A stretch of DNA of 64,000 nt from a virus, in IMG/VR virus record IMGVR_UViG_3300038406_000196, positions 32,001 to 96,000 of that record; one strand, written 5' to 3'. This document shows, piece by piece, positions 9,077 through 18,218 of the stretch (positions within the stretch are counted from its first letter, which is position 1; each line of letters starts with the position of its first letter). Below the pieces are notes generated by a model, which did not search any database, was not told where the DNA came from, and saw only the letters and a list, made by a program, of their open reading frames with translations. A program made the position numbers and the translations under genes.

Positions 9077-9408
9077 CGGCCAGCCGCCTCGCGGTCGTTG
9101 GCTTCGAGCACGGGCGAGTAGCCGCCGGAGACCAGGCCGGTGGACGGGTCCACCCAGCCACCGTGCAGCTCGTCGGCCGTGTCGGTGAACGGCTCAGCCG
9201 GAGCGTCTAGGTCCTCGTACTGGGTGGCCTCGGCGACGAGCTGGACCATGCTGTCGCCGAACCGGTTCCACGAGATCACGGCGTGGTCGCTAAGGCCGGC
9301 CTTGTCGCACTCGGCTAGGAACGCTCGCACCGTGCCGAGGTGCATCTCCTCGAAGCACGCCTCGGAACGGACGGTCAGGGTGGTGCGGCGGGTGTGGGTA
9401 GTGGTCAT
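9073..9408 (-). CDS. Hypothetical protein
   Basis: GAGGAG RBS. Confidence 0.7.
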   Translation of the reverse strand: MTTTHTRRTTLTVRSEACFEEMHLGTVRAFLAECDKAGLSDHAVISWNRFGDSMVQLVAEATQYEDLDAPAEPFTDTADELHGGWVDPSTGLVSGGYSPVLEANDREAAGR

Positions 9409-9435
9409 GGGCTCCTCCTCGGGGGTCTTGGGGGG

Positions 9436-9867
9436 TCAGAACTTCAGGGCCGGCTCTGCTGGCCGGTCGATCACGTCGAAGGGGTCGGCGATCCGGTAGG
9501 TCACGCTGTTCGGCTGCTGCCGCTCGGCGACGATCTGTGCGTGCCGGTCCCGCATCTCGGCCTCGAACCCGGCGCGTTCGGCCCGGTCGGCGTCGGTCAT
9601 CAGCGCCTCACGTGCCACCTCCAGCCGGTTGATCCGTGCCTGCGAGAAGGCGTTGCGCTGCGCGGCGGTCTCCTGCATCAGCAACTCGGAGACGAGGAGG
9701 CGCAGGGCTGCCCGGTTCTTGCGGGAGGGTGCGTGCTGGCCGCTCTCCCAGCGGGCGACGGTGCGGGGGTGGCAGCCGATCTCGGCGGCGAGGGTGGCGC
9801 GCGGGTGGCCGAGGATCGCGAGGATCTCGACTGCCTTGGCGGCAACTACGCCGGTCGCGTTTCCCAT
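9436..9867 (-). CDS. XRE-family HTH protein
   Basis: RATLAAEIGCHPRTVARWESGQHAP; GAAGGGAG RBS. Confidence 0.8.
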   Translation of the reverse strand: MGNATGVVAAKAVEILAILGHPRATLAAEIGCHPRTVARWESGQHAPSRKNRAALRLLVSELLMQETAAQRNAFSQARINRLEVAREALMTDADRAERAGFEAEMRDRHAQIVAERQQPNSVTYRIADPFDVIDRPAEPALKF

Positions 9868-9890
9868 GAGCCCGCTCCCTTCACCGTATC

Positions 9891-9960
9891 TCTGTAGGTA
9901 CAGCATACCGACCGTGCCGGTACAGCGCAACCGAGGTGCTAGGATCAGCGCACCTACAGA
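9891..9960. promoter_or_regulatory. Divergent control region with inverted repeat TCTGTAGGT/ACCTACAGA
   Basis: 9-bp perfect IR plus GTACAGC direct repeat between divergent DNA-binding genes. Confidence 0.6.
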
Positions 9961-9973
9961 AGGGCAGACCGCG

Positions 9974-10204
9974 ATGGCCGAACGGACGAGGCGCCGACCC
10001 CCCTCGTCGCCGCTCCAGAACTTCCGCCTTGAGCGGTCGATCTGGCGCCGGTTCGGCCGTGCCGCAGCCAAGAACGGCACGAACCGCACCTCGGCACTGC
10101 GCCAGTTCGTGCTCTGGTACATCGGCGAAGAGGGCACCGCACCGCCTGGCCGGCCCGAGACGCCGACGCCCGAGCTACCGGAAGACCGCGACGAGCCCGA
10201 GTAG
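9974..10204 (+). CDS. Ribbon-helix-helix protein (antisense to operon)
   Basis: QNFRLERSIWRRFGRAAAKNGTNRTSALRQFVLWY. Confidence 0.75.
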   Translation: MAERTRRRPPSSPLQNFRLERSIWRRFGRAAAKNGTNRTSALRQFVLWYIGEEGTAPPGRPETPTPELPEDRDEPE

Positions 10205-10501
10205 CTACGCATCCTGGCTCGCCGCCTTCGCCTCCACGGGCGCGATGTAGGGAGCCAGGTCGGTCTCGCCCAGCCAATGCAGCAGCCGCACCAGCTGATC
10301 GGTCGACGGCCGTACGCCCCGACCGAGGCGGGTCACCGCCGACGGCGTGTGCTCGCCGACCTGCCGGCACACCTCGCGCTTGCTGACCCCCAGCTCCCGG
10401 CGGCGGCGATCCACCGCGCGGTACAGGGCCTCCACGTCGAGCTGGACAGTCCGCGGTGCGGGTGCCCTCTCCTCGGCAACGAACTCCACTCGGGTGGCCA
10501 C
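10205..10501 (-). CDS. XRE-like HTH protein
   Basis: RRRELGVSKREVCRQVG..PSAVTRL..G.RPS.DQLVRL..WL. Confidence 0.75.
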   Translation of the reverse strand: MATRVEFVAEERAPAPRTVQLDVEALYRAVDRRRRELGVSKREVCRQVGEHTPSAVTRLGRGVRPSTDQLVRLLHWLGETDLAPYIAPVEAKAASQDA

Positions 10502-10503
10502 GG

Positions 10504-10743
10504 CTACGCCACCCCTGCCGCAACCGGGCGGCGCCGCGTCTTCGCCGGCCGCGTGGCCAAACACGGCTCGCACTGGCAGCCGCAGTCCCGCGCCGACCGG
10601 GTGCCGTGGTTGAGCCGTCCCGACGCCAGCCGCTCAGCCCGGTTGCGCGCCACCCGCTCCCGCTGGTACGCCACACACCGGTAGCAGCGGCAGCGGGCCT
10701 CGGCGTACGCCTTGTAGGTGCCGTGACGGATCGAGCCGGCCAT
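10504..10743 (-). CDS. Duplicated HGT..CxCxxC Zn-binding protein
   Basis: Two HGT(x)nCxCxxC units. Confidence 0.7.
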   Translation of the reverse strand: MAGSIRHGTYKAYAEARCRCYRCVAYQRERVARNRAERLASGRLNHGTRSARDCGCQCEPCLATRPAKTRRRPVAAGVA

Positions 10744-10953
10744 TCAGCTCACTCCTGCCGTGACCACTCGGGCCGGCCTGCACTCCGGGCAGCACCCCAC
10801 CAGCTCCTCCGGCGTGTGATCCGGCCAGTCCCTCGGAGCCACCGACCAGCCCACGTCCCTGGCAGCCGTGATAAGCCCGCCGCCGGCGTATCCGGCAGGT
10901 GCGTACCGCCGGCCGCAGCCGGGTGTCTGGCACACCACCGCAGGCCGGGTCAC
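10744..10953 (-). CDS. Small Zn-ribbon protein
   Basis: CQTPGC...CPEC; GTGA coupling. Confidence 0.6.
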   Translation of the reverse strand: MTRPAVVCQTPGCGRRYAPAGYAGGGLITAARDVGWSVAPRDWPDHTPEELVGCCPECRPARVVTAGVS

Positions 10954-11396
10954 GACAGCACCACCACGAGCAAGGCCGAGACCCACAGCGCGGCGTAGTG
11001 GAGGCTCTGGTCTGCCAGGTACATGCCGTTCAGCCCGACCTGCACCTGGTCTGGCTGGCCGAGGCGGGCGAACGGCGCCGAGCCGGTGTGCTCCAGCAGC
11101 CACCGCACCGGCCAGCGGCGGTCCAGGAAGGCGTGTGTCACTGCGCTGAACCCCAACCCGGCCAACACCCCTAGCACCGACACCGGAAGCTGCAACACCG
11201 GGGCCACGACCACGAGCATCCCCAGCAGCACCAGGTGGTACTGGGCAACGTGGGCCAGGTTCGCCGACCAGCCGACCCAACCCGGCTGCATCTTGTGCTT
11301 CGCCTGCCGGTCGGTCTGCCCCAGCACGTGATCGGCGAGCTGGTGCCCGGCGTACAGGGTCACAGCAACAGCGGCGAAGGTGGCAGCGTCAGGCAT
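10950..11396 (-). CDS. DUF3307-like membrane protein
   Basis: GHQLADH..QT...H...THAFLD...DQSLH. Confidence 0.8.
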   Translation of the reverse strand: MPDAATFAAVAVTLYAGHQLADHVLGQTDRQAKHKMQPGWVGWSANLAHVAQYHLVLLGMLVVVAPVLQLPVSVLGVLAGLGFSAVTHAFLDRRWPVRWLLEHTGSAPFARLGQPDQVQVGLNGMYLADQSLHYAALWVSALLVVVLS

Positions 11397-11742
11397 CGGT
11401 GCTCACCACCTCGGGTGCGTCGACCAGCCGCAGCGGCACCATGTGCGCCCCGATGCAGGGCCGTCCCCGGCGCGGGTCGTCGTGGTCGCCCAGCGCCCCG
11501 GAGTCGTTCAGCCGGATCGCCCCGGTGCAGGAACCGCATTGCCCGTACCGCACCGGTTCCGGCTCAGGTGCCAGCCGGTAGCCGGCACCGAGCAGAACCC
11601 GAGCCAGCGTCCAGTGGCCGTACCGGATGCCCCGCTCCCAGGCGTCGGTGAGGAGAGCTGCGAGAGCGTCCACCTCGGCCTCGGTGGGCTCGGGAAGGTC
11701 GGCGCGGACGGGCAGCGGTAGCAGGGTTGCCGACTCAGGCAC
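11389..11742 (-). CDS. Hypothetical protein
   Basis: Coupled; CGSC...H..C tail. Confidence 0.65.
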   Translation of the reverse strand: MPESATLLPLPVRADLPEPTEAEVDALAALLTDAWERGIRYGHWTLARVLLGAGYRLAPEPEPVRYGQCGSCTGAIRLNDSGALGDHDDPRRGRPCIGAHMVPLRLVDAPEVVSTDA

Positions 11743-13414
11743 GGGCCACCTCCTCTCCAGTGATTGCCTCGACCACCGCGGCGATCAGGTCCCGGGCGGC
11801 CGGCGGCGTGACGGCGTTGCCGAGCTGCCTCACCCGCTCGCGCTTGTTGCCGAGCACCACGTACGCCGGCTGAAACGCCATGGCGGCCTGGATCTCGTGA
11901 GGCTCCAGCATCCGGAAGGTGCAGTCGTCCACCCTCACCTCCGGGCCGACCAGCGCCTGCCGGTCGACGGTGGTCACCGTCCCGACCGGCTCATCCACGC
12001 GCCGCGCGGTGCTGGTGCCGTAGTAGGGCACCAGTAGGTTGTCCCAGCGGATCAGCGACTGCACCTGCTGGGCCAGGATCGTCCGCAGTGGCTCGGTGAC
12101 CGGGGTGGACATCTGGCCCTGGTCGCCGCGGGCGGTCATGTTGCGCATCACGAGCGCGTGGTGGTTGCCGGCTGCCGCTACGGTCGGAGCTGGCGCCTCC
12201 TCGGCCAGCCGAGCTACGCCGTTGTTGCGCAGGGGCACCACGAGCGCATCCTGTAGCCGGGCGGTCTGGGTACGGGCCGGCTCGGCGGCCGGGCGAGCAG
12301 CGATGCCCTCGCGGCCCTCCACCGGCACAACGAGGGCGTCAGTGTCGCGGGTGAGCCTGGCCGTCATAGGCTCGCTGACCAGCCGGGCGGACGCCTCGTG
12401 GTTGGGCCCGCCGACGGCGAGCATCATCGGCGGGCAGGCGACCGCCTTGCTCGGGGTGGTGTGCAGCGTCTTGAACGGCTGTTCGTCCGCCGGCCACGCC
12501 CGCACGTAGTCCGATCCGGGACGCTCGTACGTGTTGCCGGCGGCCTCCAGGTGGATCGGCCGGGCGTACCGCTTCAGCCCGGCTTCGATCCGGGCGACGG
12601 TCTTCGGCGCCAACGGCCTCGGGCGGTCACCGATCCGCTCGCCCGGCAGGTCCCAGTCGATCGCCACCGCGGCCGGTAGGACGCCGGGGAACACCTCGAC
12701 GTGCTGGCAAGCCTGGTTCGGGCACCGGTAGAGGTATTGCTGCCGGTAGCGGCCCCGTGGCCGGTCGGGACGCTTCCACGCCTGCACCGCCCGCACCTGC
12801 TCGTCGCACTCCGGGCACCATGCCGCTGGCCGGGTCCACCGGTCCAGGTCCGGCCGACGACCGCCCCGGCGCCACGCCACGACGTACAGCCGGTCACGGG
12901 ACTGCGGTGCGGGTGCGCCGACCTGCTGCGCGAACATGCTGTTCAGGTACACCACCGCGTGGTCGTAGCCGAGGTTGTCGAGCCCCATCACCCACGCCGG
13001 CCACAGCACCCAGTCCCGCACGTCGACCACGTTCTCGACGACGACCGCCCGGTACCGGTGCACCTCGGCGAACCGGAGGACATCGAACATGGTCGCCCGG
13101 GACCGCTCCGCAGCCTCGTCGGGCAGGGTCTCGCCGAACAGGTCGGGCTGGGCGCCCTCCTTGCGTCGGCCACGGGCCTGGCTGTGGTTTGTGCACTCCG
13201 GGCTGGCCCAGAGGATGTCGGTGCGCGGGTACCGCCGGGGGTCGACCTGGGAAATGTCGGCCGTGTCGTGGTCGGCGTGCGGGAGGTTCCGGTTGTGGGT
13301 CTCGACCGCCAGCTTCCAGTGGTTCGCGGCCATCCGAATGCGCACCCCGGGCACAAGCTCGGCACCCGAGCTCGAACCCCCGGCCCCACAAAACAGGTCA
13401 GTTACCGTCAGCAT
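11735..13414 (-). CDS. DNA (cytosine-5) methyltransferase
   Basis: DLFCGAGG (I), SPEC (IV), ENV (VI), QSRDR (VIII), QLGNAV (X). Confidence 0.93.
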   Translation of the reverse strand: MLTVTDLFCGAGGSSSGAELVPGVRIRMAANHWKLAVETHNRNLPHADHDTADISQVDPRRYPRTDILWASPECTNHSQARGRRKEGAQPDLFGETLPDEAAERSRATMFDVLRFAEVHRYRAVVVENVVDVRDWVLWPAWVMGLDNLGYDHAVVYLNSMFAQQVGAPAPQSRDRLYVVAWRRGGRRPDLDRWTRPAAWCPECDEQVRAVQAWKRPDRPRGRYRQQYLYRCPNQACQHVEVFPGVLPAAVAIDWDLPGERIGDRPRPLAPKTVARIEAGLKRYARPIHLEAAGNTYERPGSDYVRAWPADEQPFKTLHTTPSKAVACPPMMLAVGGPNHEASARLVSEPMTARLTRDTDALVVPVEGREGIAARPAAEPARTQTARLQDALVVPLRNNGVARLAEEAPAPTVAAAGNHHALVMRNMTARGDQGQMSTPVTEPLRTILAQQVQSLIRWDNLLVPYYGTSTARRVDEPVGTVTTVDRQALVGPEVRVDDCTFRMLEPHEIQAAMAFQPAYVVLGNKRERVRQLGNAVTPPAARDLIAAVVEAITGEEVARA

Positions 13415-13691
13415 TGGAGCCGCCCTCCAGCGCCCGCAGGGCACGCTCGTTTGCGACCGCCGGCAGCAGTGTCAGGTCGGCGAGGATTGCCCGTACCGCG
13501 TCCAGCCGGGCGTCGGCGGTGGCGTGTGCAGCCGTAGCCTTCAACGCGGCGCCCCGGGCCTTGCGTAGCTCCCGCTCCAGCCGTTCGATCTCGGCGGTGA
13601 GTCCGCCGCCGCGCTCAGCGGCGGCGTCCAAGTCGGCGCGCAGGTGCAACACCACCGCCTCATGGCCGCAGGGCTGCCACGGCCACCTCAT
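13398..13691 (-). CDS. Coiled-coil hypothetical protein
   Basis: ATGA coupling. Confidence 0.6.
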   Translation of the reverse strand: MRWPWQPCGHEAVVLHLRADLDAAAERGGGLTAEIERLERELRKARGAALKATAAHATADARLDAVRAILADLTLLPAVANERALRALEGGSNADGN

Positions 13692-14668
13692 GGCGACACC
13701 CGCTGCCCGTCGCTGCCAGCGGCCACACCGACCCGATGCCGGCCACGCCGCTTCCCGCCGGCCCGGTAGTCCACCACGGCAGCCACCGGCTTGTGTCGTG
13801 ACGGGGGGATGGGCAGCGACTGGGGCAGCCGGGGCATCCCCACCGGGTCCGGGTTCTGCCCGGCCTGCCACTGCTCCCACCACCGGTCCATTCCGGTGCG
13901 GAAGTCGGCCAGGCCGGTCCGAAGCCCGGTCACCGTCTCCAATGCGGCAACATGCCGGGCCAGCCGCTGTACTGCGATCGGCGCCTGGAGGTACACCGCA
14001 GCTCCGCGCGCACGGGCGTGCCGGGATGCGCGCAGCATCCACCCGGCCGGCAGGACACCCGGCATCGGCGCACCGGTCAGTGGCGGAGGGGACCCTGGCT
14101 CCCAACTCCACCGGTACGACGGTTTGGGTGGGTCCGTCACCGCCACCACCTCCGCGACAGTCGACGGACCGTCAGGACCGTCCTCGTCGTCGCGCTCCCA
14201 ATCGGGCTCGGGTGCGGCCGGGTCGTCACCCGGAGGTGCTGGCAGGTGGGGACGCTGCGGCGGGTCGTCCACCGTCGGGTACACGTCATGCACGCCAGCC
14301 CAGTCCAGCCCCGGCGGGACCGCCGCCAGGCTGGTCGCGGCCGGCGGCGGATGGTCGGCGGCGAGCAGGGTGGCGTCCATCGCGACCAGCGGCGGCACCA
14401 ACAGCGTCGGCTCGGTGATCCCGGCATCCCGTGGTGGCAGGTCCGAGCCGGCCGCGCCAGCGACCAGCGTCCGGGTCAGGGCGTCGACGGTTGCCGTCTG
14501 CACCCCGGCCCGGCCGGCCGCGAATGCTCCCTCGTGGGCGTCCGCCTCGGCGGCCATCCGCTGGGTCCGCTCGTCGCGCAGCCGGCCCCGGCCAACCCAC
14601 CAGCCCAGCGACAGGCCGAGCAGCAGCCCCACCGCCAGCGTCCAGTACGCAGTCGGGATCATCAGCAC
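13688..14668 (-). CDS. N-terminally membrane-anchored Pro-rich protein
   Basis: TM at N-terminus; coupled. Confidence 0.65.
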   Translation of the reverse strand: MLMIPTAYWTLAVGLLLGLSLGWWVGRGRLRDERTQRMAAEADAHEGAFAAGRAGVQTATVDALTRTLVAGAAGSDLPPRDAGITEPTLLVPPLVAMDATLLAADHPPPAATSLAAVPPGLDWAGVHDVYPTVDDPPQRPHLPAPPGDDPAAPEPDWERDDEDGPDGPSTVAEVVAVTDPPKPSYRWSWEPGSPPPLTGAPMPGVLPAGWMLRASRHARARGAAVYLQAPIAVQRLARHVAALETVTGLRTGLADFRTGMDRWWEQWQAGQNPDPVGMPRLPQSLPIPPSRHKPVAAVVDYRAGGKRRGRHRVGVAAGSDGQRVSP

Positions 14669-14826
14669 TCCTCACGCTGTGGGATCGGGTAGAGGGCATA
14701 CAGCCTCGGGTCGGGCCAGCGCAGCGAATATGGCTGCGCCTCGACCATCCGGGCAAACTCGTCCCGGACGTACTGCGGATCAACCACCACCCGCCCCAGT
14801 CGCGGACGGCGTTTCACTGTGTCCAT
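14662..14826 (-). CDS. Small hypothetical protein
   Basis: AAGGAGG RBS before ATG 14826. Confidence 0.6.
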   Translation of the reverse strand: MDTVKRRPRLGRVVVDPQYVRDEFARMVEAQPYSLRWPDPRLYALYPIPQREEC

Positions 14827-14838
14827 GTGTCCTCCTTC

Positions 14839-14944
14839 TGACCCGGCTCCGAGCCCCACCCGCAGGCCCACGAGGCTTTCGGCCCGAGAGGCTTGCGAGA
14901 TGGTCGCTGCCCCTCACCTGCGGATGAGGCTCACAGCCGGGTCA
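14839..14944 (-). promoter_or_regulatory. Long intergenic RNA hairpin (~28-bp stem)
   Basis: TGACCCGGCTGTGAGCCTCATCCGCAGG ... CCTGCGGGTGGGGCTCGGAGCCGGGTCA; most mismatches are G-U pairs on the transcribed strand. Confidence 0.65.
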
Positions 14945-15388
14945 GGCGGTGAAGCTGATGTGCCGCAGCCGACGTCGCTGCGAGCCGAACCACGCCAGCA
15001 GCCCACCGGCCGCCATCAGCCCCACCGCGGCGGCGGCGATCAGCAGCGGATTCGTGCCGGTGACCGGCAGGCTGGCGTCGTCGTCTTCGCGGTTGCCGCC
15101 GGTGTCGGTCGGGTCGGTGGTCGGCTCGGCGGTCGGGGTCGGGTCCGCCGTGGGTTCGACCGTGGGGGTCGGCGTCGGCTCGGCGCTGGGTGTCGGCGTG
15201 GGTTCCGGCGTGGGCTCAACTGTCGGGGTCGGGGTCGGCTCGATTGTCGGGGTCGGGGCGGCGCAGCCGTAGCCGTAGCCCGGCTTACACGGCAGCTCGG
15301 CTGCTGCCGGGGACCCGAACGCGAGCACCGGGCCGATGCTCAGGGCCAGCACGCCGAACGCGCCGGCCAGTCTACTGTAGATAGTCAT
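14942..15388 (-). CDS. LPXTG cell-wall-anchored surface protein
   Basis: Signal peptide, PT-rich linker, LPVTG, TM, basic tail. Confidence 0.85.
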   Translation of the reverse strand: MTIYSRLAGAFGVLALSIGPVLAFGSPAAAELPCKPGYGYGCAAPTPTIEPTPTPTVEPTPEPTPTPSAEPTPTPTVEPTADPTPTAEPTTDPTDTGGNREDDDASLPVTGTNPLLIAAAAVGLMAAGGLLAWFGSQRRRLRHISFTA

Positions 15389-15400
15389 ACCTCTATCCCT

Positions 15401-15625
15401 TCACCGGCCGGGACCGGCCGGAGTCTCAGTTGGTGGCTGTGCGCCGAGCGCCTGCATCAGCACAGCGAGCAGGTCCCACGCATCCACGGCGGTGCAGGTG
15501 ATGTGCTCCTCGCCGACCGCCACCTGGACCTCGGCGAACGGGTGGCCGGGTACGTACGACGCCGCGGCTTCGCCCGAGGCGCGGAAGATCGGAAGCGGAC
15601 CGGTGGGCATCGGCAGCGGGTTCAC
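15401..15625 (-). CDS. Hypothetical protein
   Basis: GTGA overlap with MTase stop. Confidence 0.55.
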   Translation of the reverse strand: MNPLPMPTGPLPIFRASGEAAASYVPGHPFAEVQVAVGEEHITCTAVDAWDLLAVLMQALGAQPPTETPAGPGR

Positions 15626-17745
15626 TGGGTCATCTCCAGCGGCAGGACGCCCTGGATTGGCTTGGACAGCCGGGCTCGGATCAGGGGGAGGTAGTCGGAC
15701 TCCCGCTCGATCGCAACGCACCGGAACCCCTCGGCGAGACACGCCTCGGCGGTAGTGCCGGATCCGGCGAATGGGTCCAGCACCAGGCCGCCCGCTGGCG
15801 TGACCAGCCGCACGAGCCAGCGCATCAGCGCCAACGGTTTGACCGTCGGGTGGGCCTTCCCGTTGACGCGTGGGCGCTCACTGGCGTCAGCCTTGGCCTC
15901 GTAGCGGAAGGCTGGGAAGAACCGGGATGCACCGCCAGCGTCGGCGTACTCGGTGCCGGTCGCAGTCATACGCCAGCCGTTGCCGCTGCCAGCTCCGCGT
16001 GGTTTCCCGGCGCGGGAGACCGTTGCCCCGCTCTGCTCATCTAGTTCGGCAACCGGGCAGCCGGGCACACACCCGTCGGCACAGGCGTCGCCCACCGGCC
16101 GGCCTGCCTCGTCAAGCAGCGGCGGGTGGGACAGCACCATATTGGTCGGCCACCGGCCGGCGTCGCTGCCGCTGGTCCAGGGATCCGGCGCGTACTGCTG
16201 GCCATTGGCGTAGCCGTCGCCAGTGAAGCGCGGGGCGGTGTTGTGTCGACGGGTGCTCTCGCTCGTCGCTACGCGGCAGCCGTCGATGTTCAGCGCCCCG
16301 GTGCCGTGCGCGAGCACATTGCCGGCGACTGTGCCGGCTAGGGGCTTACGCGCCACGACGATCGGCTCCCAGCCCGGTTTCAGCGCCGTACCCCAGCCCT
16401 GCCAGCGGTGGGCGTCGTCGGTGGCGGGGGCGGTGACGGTGGGCACGAACTCGCGGCCGTTGTCTTTGATCCACGAGCCGGTGCGGTTCTGGTCGGCGCC
16501 GGGGATCATCCGCTTCGCCGCCGGGCCTTCGGCGAGCACCTGCCGCTGCGCGCCGGCGGCCTTGTCGATCGCCTTGGACACGTTCAGCGACTTGGGGAAC
16601 CCGCTGCTGTACAGCCAACTGATCGTGTCGCGGATCTCGAACCCGGCGTCCTCGATCGCGCACACCAGCCGGTGCCAGGTGCGGGTACCACCGAAGGCGA
16701 CCAGATGCCCGCCTGGCTTCAACACCCGCAGACACTCCGCCGCCCAGGCGCCGCACCATCGCTGGAACGACGCAGGAGACTCCCAGCCGTCCCACGTCTT
16801 ACCCATGAACCCCCGAGAGCGTTTAGTACAATTGATCGTGTGCCAAGGAAGGTGGAGCGAGAGTGTCCCGCGTGTGGGCTGATCTATCACGCGGACGAGA
16901 CCCGGCTCCGAAACGGTCGCCAGACCACCTGCTCCCGCCGCTGTTCCTATCGGCTTAGGGGCGAGAACCAACAGCGGCGGGTTCGTATCCGGTGTGCCAC
17001 CTGCGGCGTAGAGATCACCCGTTCGCCGCGCCAGGTCAAGGCGAAGCATGGCGCCTCGTACTGCTCCCGGCGGTGCCACTACACCGGCCGCACCCTCGGC
17101 CTGACCGGGCGCGTCGTCACCAACCCGTACGTCCGCGTCGCCCCGCTGAATCCCGAGGCTCACGCCCGGACCGTCGCCACCCGCAAGGCTCGGGACAACT
17201 ACCGGCACAGCGATGACACCCGGCTCCGGCTCCGTGAAGCAACTGCACGTGCCATCGCAGAAGGTCGGGTCGCCAGTGTCAGCCGGTGCGAGGACGTAGT
17301 CGCCGAAGTGCTGGACCGCCTTGGCGTCGGCTACCGTCGCCAGGTGGCTATCCGGGGTGAGCGCGGACGCTACGTGGCCGCTGTCGACTTCCTGCTCGGC
17401 GACGGCCGAGCCGTCGAGGTGAACGGCACGTTCTGGCACGCCGACCCGCGCGTCTACCCGAACGGACCAGCCTTCCCCGCCCAGCGGCGGACGGCCGCAT
17501 GCTGGGACCGCAAGGTGAACGCTCTCGCTACGCTCGGGATCCCCGTCGTGATCATCTGGGAGATCGACCTCGCGGAGGATCCGACGCAAGCAGTCAGCGT
17601 CGCGCTTGCCGCTGTCTGACAGGTTGTACGGCGGGTCGGTCACTACCGCGTCGACGCTGCCCGCTCCAAGCTGGGGGAGCACCTGCAATGCGTCACCGTG
17701 GTGGAGGTCGACCTGGTCGTCTTGGTAGTACGGCTGGAGGCTCAC
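15622..17745 (-). CDS. Beta-class N6A/N4C DNA methyltransferase with a 269-codon in-frame insertion
   Basis: GDAL...SVDAVVTDPPY; FMGKTWD; RVLKPGG; HPTVKP.ALM; DPFAGSGTT; insertion 16813-17619 between DPPYNL and GFMGK. Confidence 0.88.
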   Translation of the reverse strand: MSLQPYYQDDQVDLHHGDALQVLPQLGAGSVDAVVTDPPYNLSDSGKRDADCLRRILREVDLPDDHDGDPERSESVHLAVPACGRPPLGGEGWSVRVDARVGVPERAVHLDGSAVAEQEVDSGHVASALTPDSHLATVADAKAVQHFGDYVLAPADTGDPTFCDGTCSCFTEPEPGVIAVPVVVPSLAGGDGPGVSLGIQRGDADVRVGDDAPGQAEGAAGVVAPPGAVRGAMLRLDLARRTGDLYAAGGTPDTNPPLLVLAPKPIGTAAGAGGLATVSEPGLVRVIDQPTRGTLSLHLPWHTINCTKRSRGFMGKTWDGWESPASFQRWCGAWAAECLRVLKPGGHLVAFGGTRTWHRLVCAIEDAGFEIRDTISWLYSSGFPKSLNVSKAIDKAAGAQRQVLAEGPAAKRMIPGADQNRTGSWIKDNGREFVPTVTAPATDDAHRWQGWGTALKPGWEPIVVARKPLAGTVAGNVLAHGTGALNIDGCRVATSESTRRHNTAPRFTGDGYANGQQYAPDPWTSGSDAGRWPTNMVLSHPPLLDEAGRPVGDACADGCVPGCPVAELDEQSGATVSRAGKPRGAGSGNGWRMTATGTEYADAGGASRFFPAFRYEAKADASERPRVNGKAHPTVKPLALMRWLVRLVTPAGGLVLDPFAGSGTTAEACLAEGFRCVAIERESDYLPLIRARLSKPIQGVLPLEMTQ
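16827..16832 (+). promoter_or_regulatory. -10 element (TACAAT) for leaderless nested endonuclease gene
   Basis: AT-rich island in 70% GC DNA, 7 nt upstream of GTG 16840. Confidence 0.65.
16840..17619 (+). CDS. Zn-finger + Vsr/DUF559-like (homing-type) endonuclease nested antisense in MTase
   Basis: CPAC..CSRRC and CATC..CSRRC units, NUMOD3-like HSDDTRLRLRE, S.CE...VDF...VEVNGTFWH...RK...G.PVVIIWE.D. Confidence 0.85.
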   Translation: MPRKVERECPACGLIYHADETRLRNGRQTTCSRRCSYRLRGENQQRRVRIRCATCGVEITRSPRQVKAKHGASYCSRRCHYTGRTLGLTGRVVTNPYVRVAPLNPEAHARTVATRKARDNYRHSDDTRLRLREATARAIAEGRVASVSRCEDVVAEVLDRLGVGYRRQVAIRGERGRYVAAVDFLLGDGRAVEVNGTFWHADPRVYPNGPAFPAQRRTAACWDRKVNALATLGIPVVIIWEIDLAEDPTQAVSVALAAV

Positions 17746-17912
17746 CGCGTCCGCCCTCCCCTCGGCGCAGCCAACGCCGCCCGACGGGCAGCCGACGATG
17801 CGGCCAGGGCACGCCCACGCCACCGACGGCGAGCGTGGGCCATCTCGCACGCGGCCACGGCAGCGTCGTGGCGCATCAGCCGCACGGTCGGGGACAGGTC
17901 ACGGGCGGTCAT
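17742..17912 (-). CDS. Small basic protein (56 aa)
   Basis: ATGA and GTGA overlaps. Confidence 0.55.
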   Translation of the reverse strand: MTARDLSPTVRLMRHDAAVAACEMAHARRRWRGRALAASSAARRAALAAPRGGRTR

Positions 17913-17930
17913 GCCGGCCACCGCCCGGAC

Positions 17931-17976
17931 TTGACGGGTGTAATTACACCCGCTACTGTTGAGGTGTAACTACACC
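17931..17976 (+). promoter_or_regulatory. Sigma70-type promoter with two palindromic operators
   Basis: TTGACG-17-TACTGT; perfect palindrome CGGGTGTAATTACACCCG (17935-17952) and GGTGTAACTACACC (17963-17976). Confidence 0.85.
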
Positions 17977-17989
17977 CCCGGAGGACACG

Positions 17990-18217
17990 ATGTACTACCG
18001 CAAGCTCATCGCCGGCCAGATCGGCACCAGCGACACCGCCACTGTCGGCCTCGTCGAAGAACTGATGCGCGCCGAACACGGCACCCTCGACCACCTCACC
18101 CCCGCCGAGTTCACCGACGCCATCACCGCCGCGCTCGTCGAAGCCCGCGACCTTGCAGCCACAGGCCAGCTGGGCGCCTGGTGCACTGCACTCGACATCC
18201 CGGTACCGGTCCGCTGA
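17990..18217 (+). CDS. Hypothetical protein of antisense cassette
   Basis: GGAGG RBS; downstream of consensus-like promoter. Confidence 0.8.
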   Translation: MYYRKLIAGQIGTSDTATVGLVEELMRAEHGTLDHLTPAEFTDAITAALVEARDLAATGQLGAWCTALDIPVPVR

Positions 18218-18218
18218 C

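Noticed and set aside
15105-15262. Tandem repeats in the LPXTG gene
   Set aside because: They encode the PTPTVE stalk; protein-level repeat, not CRISPR or iteron
16813-17619. MTase insert as intein or group I/II intron
   Set aside because: No intein blocks or terminal HN in the MTase frame; only ~27 nt lie outside the antisense ORF, too little for a ribozyme
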